64,000 nucleotides of DNA from Caulobacter sp. (GCF_965279145.1 NZ_OZ257139.1:4011571-4075570), one strand, 5' to 3'; shown: positions 1-10,106, numbered from the stretch's first letter. The notes: generated by a model from the letters alone, not told the origin. A program made the numbers and translations.

Positions 1-2
1 CG

Positions 3-1238
3 GCGCCCGCCGCCGCCCCGGCGCCGCGTCCCAACGCGCTGTCGGAAAGCGTCGCGGCCGTGGTCAACGACGACATCATCTCCAGCTATGACCTGATGCA
101 GCGCATGCGCCTGCTGATGATCAGCTCGGGCCTCCAACCGACCGAGGAAAACCTGCCTCAGCTGGAGCAGGAAGCCCTGCGCTCGCTGATCGACGAGCAC
201 GTCCAGCTGCAGGAGCTGAAGCGCGTCGAGAAGGCCCAGAAGATCACGATCATCTCGACCGACAAGGAAGTCGACGAGCAGATCGACGACATCGCCAAGG
301 GCAACAACGCCAGCATGACCGGCGCACAGCTCCTGGCCCAGCTGGCCTCGCAAGGCGTCGGCGCCGAGACCTTCCGCACCCAGATCCGCATCGACAGCAG
401 CTGGCAGAACTGGATCAGCGGCCGCTACGGCTCCCGCCTTCGGGTGGGCGAAGACCAGATCAAGGCGTTCCAGCGCCGCATGGCCGAGTCGGCCAGCAAG
501 CCGCAATATCAGGTCAGCGAGGTGTTCCTCGACGCCAGCCGGGTCGGCGGCATGGAAACGGCGGTCAACGGCGCAACCCAGCTGGTCACCCAGATGCAGC
601 AGGGCGCGCCCTTCCCGGCCGTCGCCCGCCAGTTCTCGTCTGCTCCCACGGCCGCCAATGGCGGTGACGTGGGCTGGATCAGCCCCGGTGAAATGCCGGC
701 CGAGGTTGACGCGGCGCTCGAGCAGCTTCGCCCCGGCCAGCTGTCGCGTCCGATCCCCGTCAAGGACGGCGTCTACATCATCTACCTCCGCGACAAGCGC
801 GCGGGCGCCAAGGCCGCCCTCGTCGATCTGAAGCAGGTCGCCTATCCGCTGGCCGCCGACGCCACGCCGGCCCAGATCGATGTCGCCAGCAAGGCCCTGC
901 TGGCCCTCAAGCCGCAGATCACCAGCTGCGCGACCCTGGAAGCCACCGCCGGCAAGGTCGACGGACTGGTCGCGGGCGATCTGGGCGAAGCCGAGATCAC
1001 CGACCTGGCGCCCGCCTTCCAGGAAGCCGCCGCCGCCCTGCAGGTGGGTCAGGTCTCCGACCCGATTCGCACCGACGCGGGCCTTCACCTGATCGCCGTC
1101 TGCGGCAAGCGCCAGTCCGGCGCCGCCGCCCCGACGCACGACCAGATCGAGAACCGTTTGCGCGGCCAGCAACTGGCCCTGATCTCGAAGCGCTACCTTC
1201 GTGATCTGCGCAACTCGGCGACCATCGAAACCCGGTGA
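3..1238 (+). CDS. surA: SurA-type periplasmic peptidyl-prolyl isomerase/chaperone (5' end lies outside the window)
   Basis: Frame open from base 3 (..SESVAAVVNDDIISSYD..). SurA N-domain plus parvulin motifs (FPAVARQFS..GGDVGWI). Directly upstream of pdxA-rsmA, the usual order. Confidence 0.9.
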   Translation, partial: APAAAPAPRPNALSESVAAVVNDDIISSYDLMQRMRLLMISSGLQPTEENLPQLEQEALRSLIDEHVQLQELKRVEKAQKITIISTDKEVDEQIDDIAKGNNASMTGAQLLAQLASQGVGAETFRTQIRIDSSWQNWISGRYGSRLRVGEDQIKAFQRRMAESASKPQYQVSEVFLDASRVGGMETAVNGATQLVTQMQQGAPFPAVARQFSSAPTAANGGDVGWISPGEMPAEVDAALEQLRPGQLSRPIPVKDGVYIIYLRDKRAGAKAALVDLKQVAYPLAADATPAQIDVASKALLALKPQITSCATLEATAGKVDGLVAGDLGEAEITDLAPAFQEAAAALQVGQVSDPIRTDAGLHLIAVCGKRQSGAAAPTHDQIENRLRGQQLALISKRYLRDLRNSATIETR

Positions 1239-2239
1239 AACTGACGCCTCTCGCCCTCAGCGCGGGTGATCCCGCCGGCATTGGGGCCGAGATCATCGCC
1301 AAGGCCTGGGCGGCGCTCCGCTGGGAGGGGCCGCCCTTCATGGTGGTGGGCGACGCGCGCTCGCTCGCCTCGGCGGGATCGGGCGTCAAGGTCAAGACCG
1401 TCACCGGGCCCGCCCAGGCCTTGGACGTCTTCCCGGTCGCCCTGCCGGTTCTGGATATCCCCCTGCTCAGCCCGGTGATCGCCGGACAACCGTCCAGCGC
1501 CCATGCGGCCCAGATCATCCGCTGCATCGAGACGGGCGCGGGTCTGGCCCTGTCCGGCGCGGTGTCGGGTCTGGTGACCGCCCCGATCGCCAAGGCGCCC
1601 CTCTACGACGCCGGCTTCAAGTTTCCGGGCCATACCGAGTTCCTGGCGGAACTGACGGCCTCGGCCGTGGTCCACGATGGCGCGCGCGGCCCGATCATGA
1701 TGCTGACGGCCGGTGGGCTGCGCGCCACCCTGGTGACCATCCACAAGGCGCATAACGACGTCTCGGCCGCCCTGTCGGTGGAGGCCATCGTCAATGCCGG
1801 CCTGGTGACCGCCCAGGCCCTGAAGCGTGACTTCGGCGTCGCCCGGCCACGCCTGGCCCTCGCCGCCCTGAACCCCCACGCCGGCGAAAGCGGGGCCCTT
1901 GGTCGCGAGGAGATCGAGATCATCGAGCCGGCGGCCCGCGCCCTGCGCGACCTGGGTGTGGAGGTCATGGGCCCCGCCCCCGCCGACACTCTGTTCCACG
2001 CCGAGGCCCGCGCCCGCTATGACGGGGTGCTGTGCATGTATCACGACCAGGCCCTGATCCCGGTCAAGATGCTCGACTTCTGGGGCGGTGTGAACGTCAC
2101 CCTTGGCCTGCCGATCGTGCGCACCTCGCCCGATCACGGCACAGGGTTCGACATCGCTGGACGCGGGCTTGCCCGACCCGATAGCCTGATCGCCGCCATC
2201 AGGCTGGCGGCCCAGATCGCCGCCCGTCGCGCGGCCTGA
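1235..2239 (+). CDS. pdxA: 4-hydroxythreonine-4-phosphate dehydrogenase
   Basis: GDPAGIG, GHTEFLA, LNPHAGE, MYHDQ and VRTSPDHGT motifs. GTG start overlaps the surA stop. Confidence 0.97.
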   Translation: MKLTPLALSAGDPAGIGAEIIAKAWAALRWEGPPFMVVGDARSLASAGSGVKVKTVTGPAQALDVFPVALPVLDIPLLSPVIAGQPSSAHAAQIIRCIETGAGLALSGAVSGLVTAPIAKAPLYDAGFKFPGHTEFLAELTASAVVHDGARGPIMMLTAGGLRATLVTIHKAHNDVSAALSVEAIVNAGLVTAQALKRDFGVARPRLALAALNPHAGESGALGREEIEIIEPAARALRDLGVEVMGPAPADTLFHAEARARYDGVLCMYHDQALIPVKMLDFWGGVNVTLGLPIVRTSPDHGTGFDIAGRGLARPDSLIAAIRLAAQIAARRAA

Positions 2240-2262
2240 ATTCCTGTAGAGACCTGAAGACC

Positions 2263-3084
2263 ATGAGCCTGGCCGACATGCCGCCGCTGCGCGACGCCCT
2301 GGAGCGTCACGACCTTCTGGCCCGCAAGAGCTTTGGTCAGCACTTCCTGCTGGACCTCAACATCACACGCAAGATCGCGCGGCTGGCGGGCATCGGTCCC
2401 GATGACGTGGTGGTCGAGGTGGGCCCCGGTCCCGGCGGCCTGACCCGGGCGCTGCTGGAGACCGGCGCGCGCGTGGTCGCCATCGAGATGGACAGCCGCT
2501 TCATGCCGATCCTGGCCGAGCTGTCCGAGGCCGCCGACCAGCGGCTGGAGGTCGTGCAGGGCGACGCCCTGAAGGTGGATGCGGCAAAGGCCGTCGGCGG
2601 GGTCCCGGCCCACGTGGTCGCCAACCTGCCCTACAACGTCGGCACCCAGTTGCTGATCAACTGGCTGACCGGTCCGTTCCTGCCGCTGTCGATGACCCTG
2701 ATGTTCCAGAAGGAAGTGGCCGAACGCATCGCCGCCCACGTCAATGACGACGCCTATGGCCGCCTGGCCGTGATCGCCCAGACGGTCTGCGAGGCCAAGG
2801 TGGTGATGGACCTGCCGGCCCGCGCCTTCACGCCGCCGCCCAAGGTCAATTCGGCCGTCATCCGCCTGATCCCCCGCGCCGTGATCCCGCCCCCCCAGGA
2901 ATTGGCCGCCCTGGAACGCGTGACCGCCGCCGCCTTCGGCCAGCGCCGCAAGATGCTGCGCTCCAGCCTCAAGGCGCTGGGCGGCGGCGCACTGTGCGAA
3001 AAGGCCGGGATCAGCCCCGACATCCGCGCCGAGAACGTGCCGATCGACGGGTTTCTGGCTTTGGCGAAGGCGACGCTGAACTAG
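2263..3084 (+). CDS. rsmA: 16S rRNA m6,2A dimethyltransferase (KsgA)
   Basis: GQHFL, EVGPGPGGLT, ANLPYN and FGQRRKML motifs. Confidence 0.97.
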   Translation: MSLADMPPLRDALERHDLLARKSFGQHFLLDLNITRKIARLAGIGPDDVVVEVGPGPGGLTRALLETGARVVAIEMDSRFMPILAELSEAADQRLEVVQGDALKVDAAKAVGGVPAHVVANLPYNVGTQLLINWLTGPFLPLSMTLMFQKEVAERIAAHVNDDAYGRLAVIAQTVCEAKVVMDLPARAFTPPPKVNSAVIRLIPRAVIPPPQELAALERVTAAAFGQRRKMLRSSLKALGGGALCEKAGISPDIRAENVPIDGFLALAKATLN

Positions 3085-3093
3085 GCTGACAGC

Positions 3094-3738
3094 CTAGATT
3101 TCTTCCTTCAGCAGGTCGGCGACCAGATCCCCGATCCACGGGTTGCGGGCCCGCTTCTGGCGTTCCGCATGGTAGATGTGGGCCAGGTCGGCATAGGCCT
3201 TGTCGAAGTCGTCGTTGAGGATGACGTAGTCGAACTGCTCCCAGGCGGCGACCTCGTCCTTGGCGCGCGACAGACGGCGATGGATGACCTCTTCGCTGTC
3301 CTGGCTGCGGGCGTGCAGGCGACGGCTCATCTCGGCCAGCGACGGCGGCAGGATGTAGACCAGCACGCTGTCAGCGCCGGCCTGCTTGTGCACCTTCATC
3401 GCCCCCTGGAAGTCGATGTCGAACAGCGCGCTCTCGCCGCGGTCCAGAGCTTCCATGATCGGCGGCTTGGGGCTGCCGTAGAAGTTGCCATAGACCTCGG
3501 CCCATTCGAGGAAGGCGTCCGCCGCGATCATCTCCTGGAACTTGTCGCGCGTGACGAAGTGATAGTCGCGGCCGTCATGCTCGCCAGGGCGCGGCTCGCG
3601 CGTGGTGGCGCTGATCGACAGGTGCAGGTCGTTGTGGTCGGCGACTAGCCGGCGGGTCAGCGAGGTCTTGCCGACGCCCGACGGGGCCACGACCATCAGC
3701 AGAAGGCCGCGGGTCTTGTGAAGGGAAGGCTTATTCAA
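3094..3738 (-). CDS. gmk: Guanylate kinase
   Basis: P-loop APSGVGKTS, SATTREPRPGE, YGNFYG. TTG start overlaps the yicC stop. Confidence 0.95.
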   Translation of the reverse strand: MNKPSLHKTRGLLLMVVAPSGVGKTSLTRRLVADHNDLHLSISATTREPRPGEHDGRDYHFVTRDKFQEMIAADAFLEWAEVYGNFYGSPKPPIMEALDRGESALFDIDFQGAMKVHKQAGADSVLVYILPPSLAEMSRRLHARSQDSEEVIHRRLSRAKDEVAAWEQFDYVILNDDFDKAYADLAHIYHAERQKRARNPWIGDLVADLLKEEI

Positions 3739-4612
3739 CGTTCTGAACCTGCTCGCGAAACTGCTCGATGGTGGCTTTCAGCTCCAGACCGATCGCGGTC
3801 AAGCTGCTCAGGGCCGATTTCGAGCACAGCGTGTTGGATTCGCGCATGAACTCCTGAGACAGGAAGTCCAGCCGGCGACCGGCGGCGGCTTCGCCGGTCA
3901 GCAGGGCTCGGGCTCCGCTCACATGACCAACCAGTCGATCCAGCTCCTCGCGGACATCGGCCTTCACCGCCATGGCGGCGGCCTCCTGGACGATGCGCTC
4001 CTCCGAGGCGGACTCGCCCAGAAGCTCGGTCATGCGGCGCGCGAAGCGGTCCTTCAGGATGGCGGGCTGACCGGCGGCCTCTGCGCCCGCCTGGGTGGTC
4101 AGGGTCTCGATCGTATCGACCTGGCCGTTCAGCACCGGTGTAAGGGCCGCACCCTCCTCCAGTCGGGCGACCTTGAGGCCGTCCAGCGCCTGGGCGATCG
4201 AGGCGGCCATGGCGGCCTCAAGGGCGGCGCGGGTTTCGCTGTCGTCCTCTTCCTCGCGGACCTCGATGACGCCGCGAAGGGCCAGCAGGCCATCCAGCGA
4301 AGGCTTGGCGACCATGCCAGTGGCGACATAGGGCGCGCCGGCCTTCAGGTAGCGCTCCAGGGTCTCAACGCTGACCTGACTCAGTCCGGTCGCTTCGGCG
4401 CGCTTGGCCTGCAGGTTGACCGTCAACTGGCCCCGCTGGAAACGCGCCTGCGCGCCGTCGCGCGCGGCGCGGTCCAGGGTCTCGAACCCGGGCGGACCGC
4501 GAAAGCGGGTTTCCAGGTTGCGGCCGTTGACGCTGCGGGCCTCCACCGCCCAGGACCAGGCCCCATGCGCGCCTTCGACCCGGGCGAAGCCGGTCATGCC
4601 CGACAGCGCCAC
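3731..4612 (-). CDS. yicC: YicC/YloC family endoribonuclease
   Basis: N-terminal SGMTGF, RSVNGR and C-terminal GRRLDFLSQEFMRESNTLCSK..EQVQNVE. Conserved yicC-gmk pair. Confidence 0.93.
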   Translation of the reverse strand: MALSGMTGFARVEGAHGAWSWAVEARSVNGRNLETRFRGPPGFETLDRAARDGAQARFQRGQLTVNLQAKRAEATGLSQVSVETLERYLKAGAPYVATGMVAKPSLDGLLALRGVIEVREEEDDSETRAALEAAMAASIAQALDGLKVARLEEGAALTPVLNGQVDTIETLTTQAGAEAAGQPAILKDRFARRMTELLGESASEERIVQEAAAMAVKADVREELDRLVGHVSGARALLTGEAAAGRRLDFLSQEFMRESNTLCSKSALSSLTAIGLELKATIEQFREQVQNVE

Positions 4613-4613
4613 C

Positions 4614-5699
4614 TCAGCCTCCGCTCAGCGGCGTGACCGCCGGCTTGGACGGCGCCTTGGCCGCGCGGCTGCGCTCGACCTGCCGCCACTTGGCGACATT
4701 GGCCTCGTGCTCGGCATAGGTGCGGGCGAAGACGTGACCGCCGGTGCCATCGGCGACGAAATAGAGATCGCCGGTCTCCGGCGGATTGAGCACGGCGGCG
4801 ATGGCGGCGCGCCCGGGGTTGGCGATCGGCGTCGGGGGCAGGCCGTCGATGAAATAGGTGTTGTAGGGCGTCTGGCGTTGCAGTTCCGACAGCAGGATGC
4901 CCCGGCCCAGCGGCCGTCCACGGGTCAGGCCGTAGATGATGGTCGGGTCGGAGCCCAGGCGCATGCCGGTGCGCAGGCGGTTGACGAACACGGCGGCGAC
5001 GCGCGGACGCTCCGACGCCAGGCCCGTCTCCTTCTCGACGATCGAGGCCAGGGTGACGGCCTCTTCCTTGGTCGAGAACGGCAGGCCCTTCTGGCGGTGC
5101 GGCCACAGCTCGTCGAGCAACTGATCGCGGTCGTCCATCATCCGCTGCAGGACGGCGGCCCGGTCCTCGCCACGCTGGACCTGATAGGTCTCGGGCAGGA
5201 TCGCGCCCTCCGGCGGGGTCGGGGCGCTGCCGGTCAGGACGGTCGAGCGTTCCAGGATATCCACCGCCATATCCGAGGTGACGCCCTCGGGAATGGTGAT
5301 CATGTGGCGCACGATCCGGCCATGCCGGATGGCGTCGAGGACCCGCGCCATCGAGGCGTGGCTCTTGAAGTCGTATTCGCCCGCCTTCAGCGATCGCGCC
5401 GCGCCGGTGATCTGGGCGGCGGTCATGAAGATCGACGAGGAGCGGATCACGCCGCCCCGCTCGAGGCTGGAGGCGATCTCGGGCAGGCTGGCGCCCTTGC
5501 GCAGCACCACGGTGGTGACATCGCCCGCCTTGGCCGCCGGTCCCGGACCTTGATAGAGCCACAGCGCGCCAAAGATCAGCACCAGGCCGACGACCGCCAG
5601 GGTGGCGACCGCCGAAAAGGTCATGGCGATCAGTCGACGTCCGATGGACGCCGACTCACGCTTGCGGGCCTTGCGAGGCGGGGCGGCTTTGCGGCTCAC
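4614..5699 (-). CDS. mltG: Endolytic transglycosylase MltG (YceG)
   Basis: One N-terminal TM segment, LKAGEY, TIPEG, LASIVEKET (catalytic Glu), NRL..GMRLGSDPT, PYNTY..GLPPTPIANPG. Confidence 0.95.
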   Translation of the reverse strand: MSRKAAPPRKARKRESASIGRRLIAMTFSAVATLAVVGLVLIFGALWLYQGPGPAAKAGDVTTVVLRKGASLPEIASSLERGGVIRSSSIFMTAAQITGAARSLKAGEYDFKSHASMARVLDAIRHGRIVRHMITIPEGVTSDMAVDILERSTVLTGSAPTPPEGAILPETYQVQRGEDRAAVLQRMMDDRDQLLDELWPHRQKGLPFSTKEEAVTLASIVEKETGLASERPRVAAVFVNRLRTGMRLGSDPTIIYGLTRGRPLGRGILLSELQRQTPYNTYFIDGLPPTPIANPGRAAIAAVLNPPETGDLYFVADGTGGHVFARTYAEHEANVAKWRQVERSRAAKAPSKPAVTPLSGG

Positions 5700-6976
5700 G
5701 AGATTTTGCGGAAGACGACGGAAGCGTTGGTGCCGCCGAAGCCGAAGCTGTTGGAAACGGCCACGTCGATCTTCATCGGCACGGCCTTGTTCGGCGCCAG
5801 GTTCATGGCGACTTCGACATCGGGATTGTCGAGATTGATGGTCGGCGGCGCGATCTGGTCGCGGATCGCCAGGATCGAGAAGATGCCCTCGATGGCGCCG
5901 GCCGCGCCCAGCAGGTGGCCCGTCATCGACTTGGTCGACGACATCACCACGTTCTTGGCGTGATCGCCCAGGAAGCGCTCAACGGCCCGGGCCTCGATGC
6001 CGTCGGCCATGGTCGAGGTGCCGTGGGCGTTGACATAGTCGATGTCCGACGGCTGCAGGCCGGCGTCGCGCACGGCGGCCGAGAGGGCGCGGAAGCCGCC
6101 GTCGCCATCTTCCGCCGGGGCGGTGATGTGATAGGCGTCGCCCGACAGGCCGTAGCCGACGACCTCGGCATAGATCTTCGCGCCGCGCGCCTTGGCGTGC
6201 TCGTACTCTTCCAGAACCAGGGCGCCGGCGCCCTCGCCCATCACGAAGCCGTCGCGGTCCTTGTCATAGGGGCGCGAGGCCTTTTCGGGCGTGTCGTTCC
6301 AATCGGTGGAGACGGCGCGGCAGGCGATGAAGCCGGCGATGCCGACCTTGCAGACGGCCGCCTCGGCGCCGCCGGCCACCATCACGTCGGCGTCGCCGTA
6401 CTTGATCAGTCGGGCCGCGTCGCCGATGGCGTGCGCGCCCGTGGCGCAGGCGGTGACCACCGAGTGGTTGGGGCCCTTGAAGCCATAGCGGATGGAGACC
6501 TGACCCGAGATCAGGTTGATCAGCGCCGAGGAGATGAAGAACGGGCTGACCTTGCGCGGCCCCCGGGCTTCCAGCTCGAGCGCCGTGTCGGCGATGGTGG
6601 ACAGGCCGCCGATACCTGATCCGAGGATCACGCCGGTGCGATACCGGTCTTCCTCGGTTTCCGGGACCCAGCCCGAATCCTTGATGGCTTCATCGGCCGC
6701 GGCGATTCCGTACAGGATGAAGTCGTCCACGCGCTTCTGGTCGCGCGGGCTCATGGTCAGGTCGGGATTGAACGCGCCCTCGACGTCAGGGCCGCCGCCG
6801 CCGCGTCCATCGACGCGCGGAACCTCGCAGGCCACCTTGCAGGCATAGTCGGTCGGGTCGAAGGCCGAGATCCGATTGGCGCCGGACTTGCCGGCGAGAA
6901 TGTTCTTCCAGGAAACCTCGACGCCCTGACCCAGGGGGGTCAGCAGGCCAAGTCCGGTGACGACAACTCTACGCAT
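5696..6976 (-). CDS. fabF: 3-oxoacyl-ACP synthase II
   Basis: MRRVVVTGLG, TACATG (active Cys), NAHGTST, KSMTGHLLGAAG, SNSFGFGG. Confidence 0.97.
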   Translation of the reverse strand: MRRVVVTGLGLLTPLGQGVEVSWKNILAGKSGANRISAFDPTDYACKVACEVPRVDGRGGGGPDVEGAFNPDLTMSPRDQKRVDDFILYGIAAADEAIKDSGWVPETEEDRYRTGVILGSGIGGLSTIADTALELEARGPRKVSPFFISSALINLISGQVSIRYGFKGPNHSVVTACATGAHAIGDAARLIKYGDADVMVAGGAEAAVCKVGIAGFIACRAVSTDWNDTPEKASRPYDKDRDGFVMGEGAGALVLEEYEHAKARGAKIYAEVVGYGLSGDAYHITAPAEDGDGGFRALSAAVRDAGLQPSDIDYVNAHGTSTMADGIEARAVERFLGDHAKNVVMSSTKSMTGHLLGAAGAIEGIFSILAIRDQIAPPTINLDNPDVEVAMNLAPNKAVPMKIDVAVSNSFGFGGTNASVVFRKIS

Positions 6977-7063
6977 GGATCACTCCTAACCTTCGTAGTC
7001 GCAAACATGTGGGGATGAATCGACGAATCCCACGCCCCCCAGCCGCGACTCTCGGCCACATAC

Positions 7064-7112
7064 GAAAACCGCCGCGCGCACGATGGCAAGAGCCCGTGCT
7101 GCGCGGCGGTTG
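7064..7112 (-). terminator. Intrinsic terminator downstream of acpP
   Basis: Inverted repeat aaccgccgcgc..gcgcggcggtt followed on the - strand by TTTT, about 30 nt after the acpP stop. Ends approximate. Confidence 0.6.
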
Positions 7113-7143
7113 AAGACCTGTTCGCAAAAGGCGAACGGTGCCG

Positions 7144-7383
7144 TTAGGCGCCGGTCTTTTCCGTGATGAACTTCACGGCGTCGCCAACCGTCTGGATGTG
7201 CTCGGCGGCGTCGTCCGGAATTTCGATGTCGAACTCTTCTTCGAACGCCATCACCAGCTCGACGTTGTCGAGGCTGTCGGCGCCCAGGTCATCGATGAAG
7301 CTGGCCTTCTCGGTAACCTTCTCGGGATCGGCATCCAGATGCTCGATGACGATCTTACGCACGCGCTCGAGAATGTCGGACAT
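7144..7383 (-). CDS. acpP: Acyl carrier protein
   Basis: DDLGADSLD phosphopantetheine motif; acidic 79 aa protein. Confidence 0.98.
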   Translation of the reverse strand: MSDILERVRKIVIEHLDADPEKVTEKASFIDDLGADSLDNVELVMAFEEEFDIEIPDDAAEHIQTVGDAVKFITEKTGA

Positions 7384-7524
7384 TCTGTTAGTCCCTCAGT
7401 TTTGAATCTGTTGTCCGCCAACGGTTTGACCAAAGGTCTCATCGCTAACGGGAATTGTCGGCCACCGCCTATCACGTTCCTTTTCAGGTGACCAGCCGGT
7501 CACCTACCAAGAAAACAGCGGGTG

Positions 7525-8265
7525 CTAGATCATGGCCATGCCGCCGTTGACGTGCAAGGTCTGGCCGGTGACGTAGGCCCCCTCATTGCTGGCGAGGTAG
7601 ACGCAGGCGGCCGCGATATCGCTGCCTTCGCCCAGACGACCAGCCGGAATGCCCGACAGGATACCGGCCTTCTGGGCGTCGGTCAGGGCGTCGGTCATCG
7701 GGCTGGCGATGAAGCCCGGCGCGACGCAGTTGACGGTGACGTTGCGGCTGGCCAGTTCCTGGGCCAAGGCCTTGGAAAACCCGATCATTCCGGCCTTCGA
7801 GGCCGCATAGTTGGTCTGCCCGGCATTGCCCGTGACGCCCACCACCGAGGTGATGCCGATGATGCGGCCAGAGCGGCGCTTCATCATGCCCTTGGCGGCC
7901 GCGCGGGCGAGGCGGAAATAGCCTTCAAGATTGACCTTGATAACGGTGTCCCAGTCCTCGTCTTTCATCCGCACGATCAGACCGTCGCGGGTGATGCCGG
8001 CATTGGCGATCACGATGTCGAGTGGCGCGCCGGCGGCCTCCTCGGCCTTGGCGACCAGACCGTCGACGGCTTCAGCGTCGGAAAGATTGGCGGCCACGGT
8101 CGAAACGCGCTCGCCGAACTGAGCCTTCAGCTCGGCCAGGGCTGATTCGCGGGTGCCGGAGAGCACCACGTGGGCGCCCTGGTCGTGCAGGGCCTTGGCG
8201 ATGGCCCCGCCGATGCCGCCCGTGGCGCCGGTGACGAGGGCGGTCTTGCCGGTGAGATCGAACAT
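7525..8265 (-). CDS. fabG: 3-oxoacyl-ACP reductase
   Basis: TGATGGIG, NAGITRD, YAASKAG. Start placed at ATG 8265 (MFDLTGK). Confidence 0.96.
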   Translation of the reverse strand: MFDLTGKTALVTGATGGIGGAIAKALHDQGAHVVLSGTRESALAELKAQFGERVSTVAANLSDAEAVDGLVAKAEEAAGAPLDIVIANAGITRDGLIVRMKDEDWDTVIKVNLEGYFRLARAAAKGMMKRRSGRIIGITSVVGVTGNAGQTNYAASKAGMIGFSKALAQELASRNVTVNCVAPGFIASPMTDALTDAQKAGILSGIPAGRLGEGSDIAAACVYLASNEGAYVTGQTLHVNGGMAMI

Positions 8266-8287
8266 GGTTGGGTCTCCCAATCCAGAT

Positions 8288-8378
8288 TGTCATCCCGACC
8301 GGAGAGCCGGGATCGCCGGACGCGCCGGCGCGTGTTGCGGTCCCGGGCCGGCGCGCTGCGCGCTGGCCCGGGATGACA
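8288..8378. repeat. REP-like palindromic dimer (TGTCATCCCG...CGGGATGACA)
   Basis: 10-bp terminal inverted repeat enclosing two GC hairpins, between fabD and fabG. Resembles CGTC/TGTC-tagged REPs of alphaproteobacteria. Confidence 0.75.
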
Positions 8379-8382
8379 GCGT

Positions 8383-9327
8383 CTAAAGAGACTTGGCGAA
8401 GGCTTCGAGATCGGCCGGACTGTTCAGCGGCGTGGCCTCGGCGTCGGGCGCGATGCGCTTGGCCATGCCCGACAGCACCTTGCCGGCGCCGGCTTCGGCG
8501 AAGCGGGTGATTCCGCCCTCGCCCGCCAGCCAGATCATGCTTTCGCGCCAGCGGACGCGGCCGGTGACCTGTTCCACCAGAAGCCCGCGAATGACGTCGG
8601 GATCATGGACGGGGGCCGCAGTGATGTTGGCCACCAGCGGCGCGCGCGGCGAGATGATCGTGGTCCCCGCCAGCGCCTCGGCCATCTCGTCGGCCGCCGG
8701 CTGCATCAAGGGGCAGTGGAACGGCGCCGAGACATTCAGCGGAATGGCGCGCGCGCCCAGTTCCTTGGCCTTCTCGATGGCCTTGTCGACCGCGGCCTTG
8801 TCGCCGGAGATCACGACATTGCCGTTGTTGTTGTCATTGGCCACGACGCAGACGCCGACCTCGGAACCGGCCGCGGCGGCGGCTTCGGCCAGGGCCAGGT
8901 CGGTCTTCGGGCCGATCAGCGAGGCCATGGCGCCCTCGCCCACCGGCACCGCGCGCTGCATGGCCTGGCCGCGCAACTTCAGCAGCCGAGCGGTGTCGGA
9001 CAGGGTGATCGCGCCGGCGGCGGCCAGGGCCGAGTATTCGCCCAGGCTGTGGCCAGCCACGAAGGCGGCCCTGTCGATGCCGATCCCGAATTCCTTTTCC
9101 AGAACGCGGGTCACGGCCAGGCTGACGGCCATCAGGGCCGGCTGGGCGTTTTCGGTGAGGGTCAGGTCGCTCTCGGGACCTTCCTTCATCAACGCGAACA
9201 GTTTCTGACCCAGGGCGTCGTCGACCTCCTGGAAGACCTCTCGGGCCGCGGCGAAGGCCTGCGCGAGGTCGGCGCCCATGCCGACCGACTGGCTGCCCTG
9301 GCCGGGAAAAATGAAGGCGATGCTCAT
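8383..9327 (-). CDS. fabD: Malonyl-CoA:ACP transacylase
   Basis: FPGQGSQ, AGHSLGEY, VSAPFH. Start placed at ATG 9327 (MSIAFIF). Confidence 0.97.
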   Translation of the reverse strand: MSIAFIFPGQGSQSVGMGADLAQAFAAAREVFQEVDDALGQKLFALMKEGPESDLTLTENAQPALMAVSLAVTRVLEKEFGIGIDRAAFVAGHSLGEYSALAAAGAITLSDTARLLKLRGQAMQRAVPVGEGAMASLIGPKTDLALAEAAAAAGSEVGVCVVANDNNNGNVVISGDKAAVDKAIEKAKELGARAIPLNVSAPFHCPLMQPAADEMAEALAGTTIISPRAPLVANITAAPVHDPDVIRGLLVEQVTGRVRWRESMIWLAGEGGITRFAEAGAGKVLSGMAKRIAPDAEATPLNSPADLEAFAKSL

Positions 9328-9502
9328 GGAAGCCCGCTCCGTTTCTGAAGATTCAAGTCGTTCTTGGGGGCGGAGGGTTAGGGTAAAGCCCCTCGCCGGG
9401 CAAGTGCGACGGCGTCCAGCGACCATCGCTTGCTTTCCTGTGGCGTGCGTCCAAATTGCCGACCGGCCCGTAGCTAGGGCGACAGAACCCTTGGAGCGTC
9501 TC

Positions 9503-10039
9503 ATGAACCGCCTGACCGCCGGCCTCGCGGCCCTTGCCGTGCTCGCCGCAACCCCCGCCTTCGCCGCGCTGAAGCCCGGCGCCAAGGCCCCCGACTTCAC
9601 CGCTCCGGCCGCCCTCGCCGGGAACGACTTCCAGTTCACCCTGTCCAAGGCGCTGAAGAAGGGCCCGGTGGTCCTCTATTTCTTCCCGGCCGCCTACACC
9701 TCGGGCTGCACCGCCGAGGCGCATGAATTCGCCGAGGCGACGCCGGAGTTCGAAAAGCTGGGCGCCACCGTGATCGGCGTCACCGCCGGCAACGTCGACA
9801 AGATCAAGGACTTCTCCAAGGAGCACTGCCGCGACAAGTTCGCGGTGGCGGCCGCCAGTCCCGACCTGATCAAGAGCTACGACGTCTCGCTGGGCATTCC
9901 GCTCAAGCCGGTGTCCAACCGTACGTCCTATGTGATCGCGCCGGATGGCAAGGTCCTGCTGGCCTACACCGACATGAACTTCGCCGGCCACGTCACCCAG
10001 ACCATGGACGCTGTGAAAGCCTACAAGGCCAAGAAGTAG
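9503..10039 (+). CDS. Peroxiredoxin (BCP/PrxQ-like) with N-terminal signal peptide
   Basis: LYFFPAAYTSGCTAEA peroxidatic motif, RTSYVIAPDG. AxA-type signal peptide from ATG 9503. Confidence 0.88.
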   Translation: MNRLTAGLAALAVLAATPAFAALKPGAKAPDFTAPAALAGNDFQFTLSKALKKGPVVLYFFPAAYTSGCTAEAHEFAEATPEFEKLGATVIGVTAGNVDKIKDFSKEHCRDKFAVAAASPDLIKSYDVSLGIPLKPVSNRTSYVIAPDGKVLLAYTDMNFAGHVTQTMDAVKAYKAKK

Positions 10040-10060
10040 CCAGCACTTTCCGGTTTCGAC

Positions 10061-10090
10061 CAGCCTCGCGGCTTGAACGTCGCGAGGCTG
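10061..10090. terminator. GC hairpin between peroxiredoxin and AraC gene (possible terminator)
   Basis: Perfect 10-bp stem cagcctcgcg/cgcgaggctg with a 10-nt loop; no clear U-tract. Confidence 0.35.
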
Positions 10091-10106
10091 ACGGAGACGA
10101 TCGGCC

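Noticed and set aside
1193-2739. Long - strand ORFs opposite pdxA/rsmA (1193-2137, 2134-2739)
   Set aside because: Antisense shadows caused by high-GC codon bias; no family motifs.
4404-6619. + strand ORFs of 519 aa and 234 aa opposite mltG/fabF
   Set aside because: Shadow frames of clear genes.
8383-9648. Extended N-termini in the ORF track for fabD (also fabG, peroxiredoxin, TonB receptors, der, guaB, acyl-CoA dehydrogenase)
   Set aside because: Conserved family N-termini and SD-like sites indicate downstream starts, which are used in the feature list.
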